A DNA stretch of 63,752 nt, filler included, from Lama guanicoe (GCA_013239625.1; 208 parts of 208 records of this genome joined end to end with filler, not necessarily neighbours in it); one strand, 5' to 3'; counted from the whole stretch's first letter, positions 1 through 12,277 are shown. Program-made: numbers and translations. The notes: generated by a model from the letters alone, not told the origin.

Positions 1-206
1 AGAGCCCTTCTCCCACCATCGCTTACTGCTAGGCCTAGGAAAACACTTACGGAAGTGAAGCTAAGGGATTCTATTAAAACCTAAGTGCTGCTGTCTTTTG
101 GAGGCACCTCCTCACACTCAGAACCCCAGAACACTTCTTCCCGTGTGTGCTGGAGGAGGGGAAACTGCACACGCATTTTTCAGGGGTCAGAGTAATTCCC
201 AAGTTG

Positions 207-306
207 NNNNNNNNNNNNNNNNNNNNNNNNNNNNNNNNNNNNNNNNNNNNTTAATTAATTAANNNNNNNNNNNNNNNNNNNNNNNNNNNNNNNNNNNNNN
301 NNNNNN
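207..306. other. First of 207 identical 100-bp synthetic linkers, with a six-frame stop core at 251..262
   Basis: 44 N + TTAATTAATTAA + 44 N. The core is palindromic with TAA at offsets 2, 6 and 10, covering all three frames on each strand. Confidence 0.99.
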
Positions 307-513
307 GTGAAAACTGCAGGAACTGCAATCCGGCTCTTGGAAACAGACTGAAAAGACAGAGTAAGTGTTTCGCCTGCAACCCATTCCATTTGTGCTAGAT
401 GAAGGAACGTCTCTCCACTTGCTCAGTTCTGAGAGTTAAGTGTGAGTGAAATCCGCCCTTCAAATAGCTTTAAGGGAACACAAAGTTTCTTTTCAGTTGA
501 AAACCCCGCAACA
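307..513 (+). repeat. Satellite family A fragment (~250-bp unit)
   Basis: Shares aaaactgcag, aaacagactga, ctagatgaa, tctccac.tgctcagttctgagag and gggaacacaaagtttcttttcagttgaaaac with four other fragments. Confidence 0.85.
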
Positions 514-613
514 NNNNNNNNNNNNNNNNNNNNNNNNNNNNNNNNNNNNNNNNNNNNTTAATTAATTAANNNNNNNNNNNNNNNNNNNNNNNNNNNNNNN
601 NNNNNNNNNNNNN

Positions 614-819
614 TCTCCACATGCTCAGTTCTGAGAGATGTGTGTGTGAAAGCCGTCCTTCAATTAGCTTGTAGGGAACACAAAGTTTCTTTTCAGTTGA
701 AAACTCCACTACATGCATATATATGGGGAGGTACAAACTCCAACTCGGTTTTACATTTAAAACTGCAGTAACTTCAAACCAGCACTAGAAAACAGACTGA
801 GAAACCAGAGTAAGGGTTT
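614..819 (+). repeat. Satellite family A fragment (circularly permuted relative to 307..513)
   Basis: Starts at tctccacatgctcagttctgagag and runs into aaaactgcag...aaacagactga, which begins fragment 307..513. This implies head-to-tail tandem units. Confidence 0.85.
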
Positions 820-2147
820 NNNNNNNNNNNNNNNNNNNNNNNNNNNNNNNNNNNNNNNNNNNNTTAATTAATTAANNNNNNNNNNNNNNNNNNNNNNNNN
901 NNNNNNNNNNNNNNNNNNNGCAGTAAAGAATGATTCTCCCTGTCCCCTAATCTTAATTCTGAAATTCCGCTATACGTTACTTAGGGTTAGAGAAGTTTTT
1001 CTGTTTTCCAGCTCCTTCTATGAAAACACAAAAACCTGTGAAAAGGGATTGCCAATAGCCATTAACAACTCATACTAAGCAAAGATGAACTCAGTCTGCT
1101 GAAAATCAAAAGCTAGGAAACAGAAANNNNNNNNNNNNNNNNNNNNNNNNNNNNNNNNNNNNNNNNNNNNTTAATTAATTAANNNNNNNNNNNNNNNNNN
1201 NNNNNNNNNNNNNNNNNNNNNNNNNNTGTTCTGCGTGATCAGTTGTAAATAGGATGACGTTCATAAACTGAAGACTGCTGATGAGTTGGCCTTGGAATAG
1301 AGGTAGCTGATGTATCAGCTATCACTGGCACTGGAAACCATGGATTGCTCCCTGGTTGACGTTTAGAAAAATGACCTTCATTGTCAGATATTTTGTGATA
1401 TCAATTTGTAAAAGTAGAAGGCTCCACCATCAGNNNNNNNNNNNNNNNNNNNNNNNNNNNNNNNNNNNNNNNNNNNNTTAATTAATTAANNNNNNNNNNN
1501 NNNNNNNNNNNNNNNNNNNNNNNNNNNNNNNNNTTCTCACGCTCTGAAATCAGAAGTCTCGGCAGGGGCTTTGAGAGATGACTTGAAAGAGTGTTCTGCA
1601 TCTTTATGGTGCTTTACCCAACATTTGTGCAGACATCAGTTCCACTGCAAGTGTAATAACCATCATTTTAAAGACAAGGAAATGGCTTCCACAAGATTGG
1701 CTCAACCAGCATTTACACAGAGGGGAAGAGGGGAAGCCACNNNNNNNNNNNNNNNNNNNNNNNNNNNNNNNNNNNNNNNNNNNNTTAATTAATTAANNNN
1801 NNNNNNNNNNNNNNNNNNNNNNNNNNNNNNNNNNNNNNNNTTTTGGAGAAGAGAACTCTGAAACATGTTTTGGATGAAATTTTGCAGTGCTGGCTGCTTG
1901 CCAGTTTAAATATCTTTCTAAGATCATCAGTTTAAGGCTTAAAATCCTTTTTATGATTTAAGGGGCATAGTTTACATTTAAAATGATACCCTAAGATATA
2001 TTTTAAACTTTCATGGTGGGGTGTGTTTCCAGATCTTGACAAAGGTCNNNNNNNNNNNNNNNNNNNNNNNNNNNNNNNNNNNNNNNNNNNNTTAATTAAT
2101 TAANNNNNNNNNNNNNNNNNNNNNNNNNNNNNNNNNNNNNNNNNNNN

Positions 2148-2354
2148 TATACATTTGTCCAAATTCGGAGAATGTACAACACCAAGCGTGAGCCCTGATG
2201 TAAGCTGTGGTCTTTGGGTGATAATGAGGTGTCAATGTAGGCTCATTGACTGTGACAAATGTAGCACGCTGGTGAGGGATATTGATAGTGGGGAGGTTGT
2301 GTGTGGGGGGTATATGGGAACTCTATACTTTCTACTCAGTTTTGCTGTGAACCT
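2148..2354 (+). mobile_element. Ancient L1 (L1MC-like) 3' end fragment
   Basis: aatgtacaacaccaag...tttgggtgataatga.gtgtcaatgtagg...acaaatgta...gatattgatagtggggagg resembles the recalled L1MC 3' UTR consensus. Confidence 0.75.
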
Positions 2355-2789
2355 NNNNNNNNNNNNNNNNNNNNNNNNNNNNNNNNNNNNNNNNNNNNTT
2401 AATTAATTAANNNNNNNNNNNNNNNNNNNNNNNNNNNNNNNNNNNNNNNNNNNNACACATATTGGCTTAAACTATCTCCCAGAAAATGCTTATTAATTAC
2501 AAAATTTTAAAGTATACCTTTACAGTGGAGAAACTCAGAAGGTACCACTTAATTTTGTGATGAAATTTAACATCAGCGGTAATAGGACAAGTCAAAATCA
2601 CATGCCATTTGATAGGATTCATAAAGAAGAATACAGCATCATTTCTATGTTTCTTTTGAAANNNNNNNNNNNNNNNNNNNNNNNNNNNNNNNNNNNNNNN
2701 NNNNNTTAATTAATTAANNNNNNNNNNNNNNNNNNNNNNNNNNNNNNNNNNNNNNNNNNNNCCCTACAACAAATCTTATATATACAGTG

Positions 2790-2968
2790 TTATGATCTGC
2801 ATGTTTGTGTCCCCCCAGAATCCATATGTTAGAGCCCTAATCACCAAGGTTTTGATATTTGGAGATGAGGACCATGAGAGGTGAGGAGGTCATGAGGGTG
2901 GCGTTCTTGTGAATGGAACTGGTGTCCTTATAAAAGCGTCCCCAGAGAGCCACCTCTCCCCTTCCTCC
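2790..2968 (+). mobile_element. MaLR LTR (MLT1A/B-like), 5' part
   Basis: atgtttgtgtccccccagaatccatatgttagagccctaatc...tatttggagatgagg...catgagggtgg...ggtgtccttataaaag. Confidence 0.8.
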
Positions 2969-3068
2969 NNNNNNNNNNNNNNNNNNNNNNNNNNNNNNNN
3001 NNNNNNNNNNNNTTAATTAATTAANNNNNNNNNNNNNNNNNNNNNNNNNNNNNNNNNNNNNNNNNNNN

Positions 3069-3274
3069 ATGACATTCTCCAGGAACATCCAAGTTGCTGC
3101 AAATGGCATTATGTTGTAAGTTTTATGGCTGAGTAGTATTCCATTGTATAAAATTCTTAAAGTGAATTTGTTCAGGAACACACTTATGTTATTAAAAATA
3201 CCAAAGGAACATGGCTAAGAAATTAAGTGAAGTAAGTCAGACAGAGAAAGACAAATATCATATGATATCTCTTA
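3069..3274. mobile_element. Rearranged L1 3' region: antisense piece 3069..3150 plus sense piece 3224..3274
   Basis: gttgctgcaaatggcatt...atggctgagtagtattccattgtat is antisense L1; taagtgaagtaagtcagacagagaaagacaaatatcatatgat is sense L1. Confidence 0.75.
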
Positions 3275-3681
3275 NNNNNNNNNNNNNNNNNNNNNNNNNN
3301 NNNNNNNNNNNNNNNNNNTTAATTAATTAANNNNNNNNNNNNNNNNNNNNNNNNNNNNNNNNNNNNNNNNNNNNGCACTGTCCTGGGAGTTCCCAGACCT
3401 AGACCTTGGACAGCCCGCATTCTATTTCCAGGCCTCAGTTTCCCTATTTGTACGAAGAGAACTCAGCAGGTTGGAGAGGAAGGCCACAGGAGCTGGGGGA
3501 GGGTGGAGTCTGCCACTGTATTTGGTGCATCCTCTCAGGCCCAGGGAAGATGGGGGAGGGGTGATTTTTAGATCCCCATGGNNNNNNNNNNNNNNNNNNN
3601 NNNNNNNNNNNNNNNNNNNNNNNNNTTAATTAATTAANNNNNNNNNNNNNNNNNNNNNNNNNNNNNNNNNNNNNNNNNNNN

Positions 3682-3850
3682 CACCAAGAAGCAGACTTTA
3701 TGAATAAGGAGGCCAGTCCTCACCACACACTGAATCTGCTGACATCCTGATTTCAGATTTCCTAGCCTCACAAACTGTGAGAAATAGATCTCTGTTGATT
3801 AAAAGCCACCAGTCTACAGCATTCTATGAGAGCAACCCAAATGGACCAAC
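3682..3850 (+). mobile_element. MaLR LTR (MLT1A-like), 3' part
   Basis: ctcaccacacactgaatctgctgacatcctgatttcagatttcctagcctc..aactgtgagaaata...aagccaccagtcta. Confidence 0.8.
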
Positions 3851-4369
3851 TTTTTTAAGTACAACTGAGTCTGAGTCTCAGTTGTACTNNNNNNNNNNNN
3901 NNNNNNNNNNNNNNNNNNNNNNNNNNNNNNNNTTAATTAATTAANNNNNNNNNNNNNNNNNNNNNNNNNNNNNNNNNNNNNNNNNNNNCGTGGTTAAGTC
4001 CAGGAAAGACTTCTGCAACAGAGGCACAGGAAGCACAGTAGTAGAGGTTTGTGCCTCGGCGAATTGGACAATTACTCTGGTTTCTCATTATGTTTCCTAG
4101 TGCCTGTTTCAACTTCATGTAATTTTTACTGTAATACCGTATTTGTGCTAGTACCTCCCCATATATATGTATGTCGTGTTGTTTCCAAATGAAATNNNNN
4201 NNNNNNNNNNNNNNNNNNNNNNNNNNNNNNNNNNNNNNNTTAATTAATTAANNNNNNNNNNNNNNNNNNNNNNNNNNNNNNNNNNNNNNNNNNNNGGATT
4301 TGAACCTAAGCAGGCAGCCTCTTGGGCCTGTGATCCAACCCTTCGTCCTCCTACAGGACCTGGGTTAGT

Positions 4370-4502
4370 GGGGTGGGCAGAATAATGACTCCCAAAGATG
4401 CCTGTGCCCCAAACCCCAGAACCTGGTGATTATGTTAGGTCACAAGGCAAAGGGGAACCAAGGCTGCTGATCAGCTGGCCTTAAAATAGGGAGATCATCT
4501 GA
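4370..4502 (+). mobile_element. MaLR LTR (MLT1D-like), 5' part
   Basis: gggcagaataatgactcccaaagatg...aaccccagaacct...tatgtta...ggcaaagggg...ccttaaaatagggagat. Confidence 0.75.
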
Positions 4503-5004
4503 NNNNNNNNNNNNNNNNNNNNNNNNNNNNNNNNNNNNNNNNNNNNTTAATTAATTAANNNNNNNNNNNNNNNNNNNNNNNNNNNNNNNNNNNNNNNNNN
4601 NNAGTAAATTCAGGATACTATGAAAGGAATTTCTCTTTAAAAAAAATCAATAAACATTGGAAAGCATACAATAAAATAACACCCACTCACAGTCCCTATC
4701 CCCAAAAGGAAACACTCTTAGCAAACCAGAAGTCAGAAGCATCCTCTCTAACTTCATAAAGTTACTTCTCAGAAGCCAACAGCAAGTATTTTTATTCAAT
4801 ATTAAAAACNNNNNNNNNNNNNNNNNNNNNNNNNNNNNNNNNNNNNNNNNNNNTTAATTAATTAANNNNNNNNNNNNNNNNNNNNNNNNNNNNNNNNNNN
4901 NNNNNNNNNTTGAAAAACAGTTTGGTATTTGTCAGCTAAAGTTGAAGATCTGAATACCGTATAAATGAGCATTGTCCCAACAGCAACCCAAGCAAGCACA
5001 TGTG

Positions 5005-5051
5005 CTGTAAATGACATGCCTGTAAATGACATGCCTGTAAATGACATGCCT
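5005..5051 (+). repeat. Perfect 15-bp tandem repeat x3 (ctgtaaatgacatgc)
   Basis: Directly visible. It explains the repetitive peptides in the ORFs at 4862-5168. Confidence 0.9.
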
Positions 5052-5525
5052 AAGGAGCTTCAAAGTTGTATTGTTAATTACAGCGCAAGCCAGGAAAAAC
5101 CCCCAAACAATCATTANNNNNNNNNNNNNNNNNNNNNNNNNNNNNNNNNNNNNNNNNNNNTTAATTAATTAANNNNNNNNNNNNNNNNNNNNNNNNNNNN
5201 NNNNNNNNNNNNNNNNGTACTTCCAAGGACATGTATATGTACATATATACATATCCATACATACATATGTGCATTCATACATTTCTACCTTACTCATTTG
5301 CTTAGACTCTAGCCTTCAAATCAGAAGAAACTCCACTGTATTCTGAGCTATGTAAGACAGGTATTACACACACATAATAGATAAGGAAATTGAAGCTCAG
5401 AATCATTGCATGTCCTTGGGAATNNNNNNNNNNNNNNNNNNNNNNNNNNNNNNNNNNNNNNNNNNNNTTAATTAATTAANNNNNNNNNNNNNNNNNNNNN
5501 NNNNNNNNNNNNNNNNNNNNNNNTT

Positions 5526-5729
5526 TGTGGAACTAATATTTGGCCTTGGTTACCTTGTGGCTGGGTGGGACGTTGTACGCTAGGATTTGTTATAGCACCT
5601 GGCAGAATTGTAAAATCTGTACAAGGCATTCCTGCTAATATGCCTAATTTGCATGCTCATTGGATTCGATCAGCTTTTAAGTGGTATGATTATCTTGCTG
5701 CTATTTTTATTCCTTCATTAGGAAATGTT
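5526..5729 (+). mobile_element. env: Endogenous retrovirus env fragment, SU/TM junction (class I, HERV-R(b)/PABLB-like)
   Basis: Open frame CGTNIWPWLPCGWVGRCTLG...HWIR/SAFKWYDYLAAIFIPSLG. It has the gamma-type SU C-terminal CG..W..LP..W.G.CTLG motif followed by a cleavage-site position and a hydrophobic fusion-peptide-like segment. Confidence 0.8.
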
Positions 5730-6444
5730 GNNNNNNNNNNNNNNNNNNNNNNNNNNNNNNNNNNNNNNNNNNNNTTAATTAATTAANNNNNNNNNNNNNN
5801 NNNNNNNNNNNNNNNNNNNNNNNNNNNNNNCACAGGTGGGAAGCACTTACACGCACCCAGAGCCCAGCTGGGTCAGGCTCACACCCCGCATAGAAGGGGC
5901 ACACAGCTCAGCGGGGAAGTTGCCCACATGCGACACTGCACTCCGCCTGGTCGGGGCTGGCTTGCTGGAGCACACGGGTTCTGTGTGGATTTCATGGTTC
6001 CCATGGTCTGTGATCCCACAAGGGGACAGAAAACCCTNNNNNNNNNNNNNNNNNNNNNNNNNNNNNNNNNNNNNNNNNNNNTTAATTAATTAANNNNNNN
6101 NNNNNNNNNNNNNNNNNNNNNNNNNNNNNNNNNNNNNGCTGAGCTTCAGCTCACTGGCTAGTGCTGTAGGAATAGCAGTTTGCCATTGATCTTTTCCCTG
6201 CAGGCGAGGCAGCAGGGAAATGAGCACAGCTGTAAATGAGCCAGCTGTAAATGAGCACAGGCTCGTGCTGGGGTGGGGGTGGGGAGTGGTCCTCCACCCT
6301 TCTTGGTTCATCTGGCTGGTCTAACAGTTACTGACATGAGGCAGNNNNNNNNNNNNNNNNNNNNNNNNNNNNNNNNNNNNNNNNNNNNTTAATTAATTAA
6401 NNNNNNNNNNNNNNNNNNNNNNNNNNNNNNNNNNNNNNNNNNNN

Positions 6445-6545
6445 CCCATCTTAAGGTGATGGACTCATAAACTCTGGGGATGGTGCACAGCAAGCTGTAT
6501 ATTAACCAGCTCTCCGTGTGATTCTGGTGCAACCTGACGATTGCC
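6445..6545. mobile_element. MER5A-like (hAT-Charlie) relic
   Basis: aaactctggggatggtgcacagcaagctgtatattaaccagctctcc.tgtgattctggtgca resembles the recalled MER5A consensus. Confidence 0.6.
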
Positions 6546-7365
6546 ATCCAACGGCAACACTGTTAATTCTCTAAGGTGTAATTCACTCCCACTGATACGC
6601 ACTTGGTCAGAGAGAAGGTTACAAATTGGGGGTGTTTCGTTCAGCTCGTACNNNNNNNNNNNNNNNNNNNNNNNNNNNNNNNNNNNNNNNNNNNNTTAAT
6701 TAATTAANNNNNNNNNNNNNNNNNNNNNNNNNNNNNNNNNNNNNNNNNNNNCTAGTCGGATTTCCCCAGGGAGGCGTGGAGGGCTTGAATGGCAGGTGCG
6801 TTTGCATTATGACTGCTGCCGTGACACCTTAGGTTCAGGAATGATGCCAGCTGTAGTGATGACCTTGGAGACAGGTAGAAAAATGAAAGCTTGACATTGA
6901 CGGGGGCCAAGGCACTGCAATTAAGCACCTTGTCTTTGAGCTCTTGATTGCCTGTATCNNNNNNNNNNNNNNNNNNNNNNNNNNNNNNNNNNNNNNNNNN
7001 NNTTAATTAATTAANNNNNNNNNNNNNNNNNNNNNNNNNNNNNNNNNNNNNNNNNNNNGGAAATGATCCTGCTTCGGAATATTCAGAGAAACTTGGAGGC
7101 AGAGCTTCTAAGATCTTCCTTCCTTAGAGCCGGAAGGTAGCGTGGAGCCAGCCACATGTAAGGGGGCATTTCCTGCTCCAGGCTCCCAAGCTGCCCTCCT
7201 TCAGCTCCCGAGCTGGTGTGAGGGGAGACCGGGCTTGACTGTTCCCACCCCGACTTGAGCTTTGGNNNNNNNNNNNNNNNNNNNNNNNNNNNNNNNNNNN
7301 NNNNNNNNNTTAATTAATTAANNNNNNNNNNNNNNNNNNNNNNNNNNNNNNNNNNNNNNNNNNNN

Positions 7366-7572
7366 AAAAAAGTATCAAAGTTAACTTACACAAAAGAGAA
7401 ACCCTGGCTCCACCTATCCCCAAACCTGCCCTTTTCTCTTCTCTGGCAATAACATCTACATTCATTCTATTGCTCATAGTTAAAAACCTGGGGATCATCC
7501 TTATTTCCTCCTTTCCCTCATATTCCATATTCAGTCCATCAGTAATTCTTACTGCTCCTGTATCTGTACCTT
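7366..7572. mobile_element. L2 LINE relic
   Basis: ccccaaacctgccc...aaaaacctggggatcatccttatttcctcctttccctcat...cagtccatcag is typical L2 3' sequence. Confidence 0.7.
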
Positions 7573-8593
7573 NNNNNNNNNNNNNNNNNNNNNNNNNNNN
7601 NNNNNNNNNNNNNNNNTTAATTAATTAANNNNNNNNNNNNNNNNNNNNNNNNNNNNNNNNNNNNNNNNNNNNTATAAAATTTCTTGTCCTGCAAAGCAAC
7701 TGCTGAGGGCAAATAGGCTTCTAAAACACTGTTAGCTTTAAAGCTCCATAAGTTCTTTTTTTTTACTATGAAAAAAAAGAATTTTTACTCTTCAAAACCT
7801 TAACCAACTCTCTAGGTTCATCTATAGACTCTGTTTCTCCTGAAAATATACTGACTGCTGTCCCAGTACACTGAATGCTNNNNNNNNNNNNNNNNNNNNN
7901 NNNNNNNNNNNNNNNNNNNNNNNTTAATTAATTAANNNNNNNNNNNNNNNNNNNNNNNNNNNNNNNNNNNNNNNNNNNNAGCGAATTACGAGAGTGCACT
8001 CGAATCACCCAGCGTGCTGAGGATTGCTCGTGTCAACAGATTCCGCCGCCGAGAAGCCACATGCCTGGTCAATTTCCTGACCAAATCCAGGACCCGCTCC
8101 TCCGCACTGGGCATCACAGGTCACCGGCCGGCTCAGAAAACAAGGAGCCTTTTCACTCCTTTAAAAGGAGTTTGTTTTGTTTGTTTNNNNNNNNNNNNNN
8201 NNNNNNNNNNNNNNNNNNNNNNNNNNNNNNTTAATTAATTAANNNNNNNNNNNNNNNNNNNNNNNNNNNNNNNNNNNNNNNNNNNNGCTGGTTTCATTTT
8301 GGGGAAATAAGTACTTAACATTGTTACAGTGTTAATTTATGTACTTTTATCTGGATTTTCCTTCTGTTTACCATGGTTCTTAAGTTTAGCATCTAAGGTT
8401 GCTGACTTCAAGGACCAGGGAACAAATGGAAATGGACCTATTAAAATAAGAATATGAATTTTAATAAGAATCTCTAGCATGGTATTAATAAATNNNNNNN
8501 NNNNNNNNNNNNNNNNNNNNNNNNNNNNNNNNNNNNNTTAATTAATTAANNNNNNNNNNNNNNNNNNNNNNNNNNNNNNNNNNNNNNNNNNNN

Positions 8594-8800
8594 ACTGAAT
8601 ATAGAATTAAGAATATACAATGTAGAACACACAATATAGAATCTAGAATACGGAATGCAGAATATTGAATACAGATTATAGAACATAGAACACAGAATAG
8701 ATAATAGGGAAAACAGAATACAAAACCCAGAAATGAGAACATGGAATGCATAACACAGAATTTAGAATATAGTAACCTGAATACTCAATATAGAATTTCG
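8594..8800 (+). repeat. Satellite family B: degenerate 7-bp (TAGAATA/CAGAATA)n
   Basis: 7-bp periodic AGAA core across the whole fragment; homologous to three other fragments. Confidence 0.9.
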
Positions 8801-9207
8801 NNNNNNNNNNNNNNNNNNNNNNNNNNNNNNNNNNNNNNNNNNNNTTAATTAATTAANNNNNNNNNNNNNNNNNNNNNNNNNNNNNNNNNNNNNNNNNNNN
8901 AGATAGCCAGTACTATTAATGGTTTATATCACTTGCGACAAGTTAAAAGCTCTGGGAAAGATTTGAAATCATTGATTTCAAGTCGGATAGTCACATCCCC
9001 CTGCACATAGAGGTGATTTAAAAAAAAAACTACATAAAAAGCTATTTCTTCCTCTTACGTTTACCCCGGAGGTCTACCTGCGCCCACCAAGGTCACCTGA
9101 ATTCTCTNNNNNNNNNNNNNNNNNNNNNNNNNNNNNNNNNNNNNNNNNNNNTTAATTAATTAANNNNNNNNNNNNNNNNNNNNNNNNNNNNNNNNNNNNN
9201 NNNNNNN

Positions 9208-9414
9208 CGGCAGCTGCGTCCGGCCGGCTTGCTCTCCTGCGTGACCTGCACTCTGGGGAGGCGCCGGGCTGTTTAGCCGCCGGATCCCGGTGGCAATCTG
9301 CTCAGCAGCACAGACCAGAAGGGCTGCCGAGGGCCGCGCCAGCCTCAGGATCCTGCTGCCATCTAGGGATGGGATGGCGGTCCTGGCGCGGGGACCGAGC
9401 ACGCAGCCCAGGGG
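9208..9414. promoter_or_regulatory. CpG-island-like fragment
   Basis: GC-rich with many CpG dinucleotides. No gene assigned. Confidence 0.5.
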
Positions 9415-11356
9415 NNNNNNNNNNNNNNNNNNNNNNNNNNNNNNNNNNNNNNNNNNNNTTAATTAATTAANNNNNNNNNNNNNNNNNNNNNNNNNNNNNN
9501 NNNNNNNNNNNNNNACTATATGTAAAAACACTAAAAATTGTCTTATAAAAATTGCTATTGCATTATTTACAAGGATGTGTAAAAAGACACATTCAGTATG
9601 TGACACAAATCTCGATCTATCACTACTCATGTTTTTGCATTATTAACAAATGTACTTGAGCAAATACTATGATTTTACACAACTGACTCTAAAATTTTAA
9701 CGTATGTTTTTGAATTGAATCNNNNNNNNNNNNNNNNNNNNNNNNNNNNNNNNNNNNNNNNNNNNTTAATTAATTAANNNNNNNNNNNNNNNNNNNNNNN
9801 NNNNNNNNNNNNNNNNNNNNNTGTGGGCTGTCTTCAGAGATCAGAAAGTTGTTGGTGAGAAAGGCTAAGCTTTAGGGCCCTAGGCGGCACCCTCAGGAGC
9901 AGGAGGCTCCGTGGGGCAGACTGCGGCTAAGTTAAAGGAAGAACTCCGCTGATCACACCTGCCGGGAAGAGGCCGGGCCGTCCAAGGAGGCCAGGGGTTT
10001 AGAAGAGCCATCCCTCGGGTGACAGCAGNNNNNNNNNNNNNNNNNNNNNNNNNNNNNNNNNNNNNNNNNNNNTTAATTAATTAANNNNNNNNNNNNNNNN
10101 NNNNNNNNNNNNNNNNNNNNNNNNNNNNAAGCTTGGATGTCCAGACAGCAAAATAGAAGTTCTCTTTAGGGATTCTTAAAAACAGTCATGACCAGAAGCA
10201 CTGGACTTGAGATCAGGGGGCAGATTACTGGTCTTAGGGAAAGAATTGATAAGAACAAGACTGGATTTTTCAAGAACAAGACCGGATTTCTCAGCAGGTT
10301 CTTGGCTAAGATTTTTAAAAACTCAAACAAGAAAANNNNNNNNNNNNNNNNNNNNNNNNNNNNNNNNNNNNNNNNNNNNTTAATTAATTAANNNNNNNNN
10401 NNNNNNNNNNNNNNNNNNNNNNNNNNNNNNNNNNNACTTTTTGGCTTATAGTGACGTCCTTAGACCCTGATTAGTTTTATGGCTGTTTCTGAGCTTATTT
10501 GTACTTCCTGTCTTTTCTTTCCTGTTTCCTGTAGCTTGTTACATTATTTCCACTTCACCAGGGCACATAACATTGGTTTCAGAACTACAATTGAATGTAC
10601 TCACTGCTCAGTTCTTCTGCCAGCTTTTCCTGTCAAGTCTTGNNNNNNNNNNNNNNNNNNNNNNNNNNNNNNNNNNNNNNNNNNNNTTAATTAATTAANN
10701 NNNNNNNNNNNNNNNNNNNNNNNNNNNNNNNNNNNNNNNNNNAAATAAAAATTAAAACTTTTTTCTTAATAATATTAAATAACATTTATGTAGAAACATG
10801 AATCTATTGTATAAGCAAAAATAAACCAAGAAGATATAATCTAATAATGATGTGGTTTTGATGAAGTATGTGAACAGTGCTGTTGTCAGTATAAACTGTC
10901 TTGTGCTTTCTGGAGAGCAATTTTACAGTAACTAAGAAGATCAATTCAANNNNNNNNNNNNNNNNNNNNNNNNNNNNNNNNNNNNNNNNNNNNTTAATTA
11001 ATTAANNNNNNNNNNNNNNNNNNNNNNNNNNNNNNNNNNNNNNNNNNNNTTGATAGAACTCTTTCCTCTTACACTGTGAATTATTCTTTAGTAAAGAGTG
11101 TTCTTTTAGTTGAAAATAAAAATCTGATTTCAATTGTTCTTAAAGGTCTAAAAACAAGATGCTGCATTTTAAAAATTCATAACAATATGCATTAGAAGGT
11201 TGAAATTTTTTTTTACAAATTTACTTTTTTATTTTTCCTACAGATCAATAAGTGTTNNNNNNNNNNNNNNNNNNNNNNNNNNNNNNNNNNNNNNNNNNNN
11301 TTAATTAATTAANNNNNNNNNNNNNNNNNNNNNNNNNNNNNNNNNNNNNNNNNNNN

Positions 11357-11563
11357 AAAGAAAAATACCATATGATATCACTTACATGTGGAATCTAAAA
11401 AAAATACACAAATGAACTTCTTTACAGAACAGTAACAGACTCACAGACATAGAGAACAAACATATGGTTACTAGGGGGAAAAGAGAGTCAGAAGGGATAA
11501 ATTGGGAGTTCAAGTTATATATAAAATAGATAAACAAGTTTATACTGTATAGCACAGGGAACT
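11357..11563 (+). mobile_element. L1 3' UTR, cetartiodactyl-type
   Basis: aaataccatatgatatcacttacatgtggaatctaaaaaaaa...cagactcacagacatagagaacaaac.tatggttac...gggataaattgggagtt...tatactgtatagcacagggaact. Confidence 0.85.
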
Positions 11564-12277
11564 NNNNNNNNNNNNNNNNNNNNNNNNNNNNNNNNNNNNN
11601 NNNNNNNTTAATTAATTAANNNNNNNNNNNNNNNNNNNNNNNNNNNNNNNNNNNNNNNNNNNNTCTATTTCTATATCATGAGTCAGAAATTTAAAATATA
11701 GAAATATTTTTTAAAAAAGCAAAAATATTTTAAAAGAGTAAATCATAGTATTTTGACAAACTGGATAATCTTCAAAGATGGGTGAAAATAGAATATTTGA
11801 AAGAGCTTGGCAGGGTTAGCATAAAAAAATCTAGCTAACGTAGGTGAATGGATGAAAGTATTGATGGATANNNNNNNNNNNNNNNNNNNNNNNNNNNNNN
11901 NNNNNNNNNNNNNNTTAATTAATTAANNNNNNNNNNNNNNNNNNNNNNNNNNNNNNNNNNNNNNNNNNNNTCTTTCTTTCTATACCTAATTCTTTATTTT
12001 CTTAAAACATATTTTAAATGTTGACATATTTACTTATAATTTTGAGCTGTTCTTACTCAAGAAAGAATATTTTAATTTGAAAACAAGTGATCTTCCTCTC
12101 TGTTATCTGTTCCTATTTAAAAACCTGAGTCTGTGCTGTGAGACCCCCAACCACTCTCTCTTCTCTCCTTTACCTGCNNNNNNNNNNNNNNNNNNNNNNN
12201 NNNNNNNNNNNNNNNNNNNNNTTAATTAATTAANNNNNNNNNNNNNNNNNNNNNNNNNNNNNNNNNNNNNNNNNNNN

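Noticed and set aside
1..206. First fragment as a possible lineage-specific complex repeat
   Set aside because: No second copy in the window and no recognisable family, so it cannot be supported.
4862..5168. Repetitive peptides MSFTG, RHVIY and VNDMP
   Set aside because: Produced by a 15-bp x3 tandem duplication read in several frames; no coding evidence.
6219..6260. Short tandem duplication cagctgtaaatgagc (a similar 21-bp duplication lies at ~10251..10292)
   Set aside because: Ordinary slippage-type duplications.
8542..8751. Hydrophobic membrane-like ORFs (also 48452..48658)
   Set aside because: They are translations of the 7-mer satellite.
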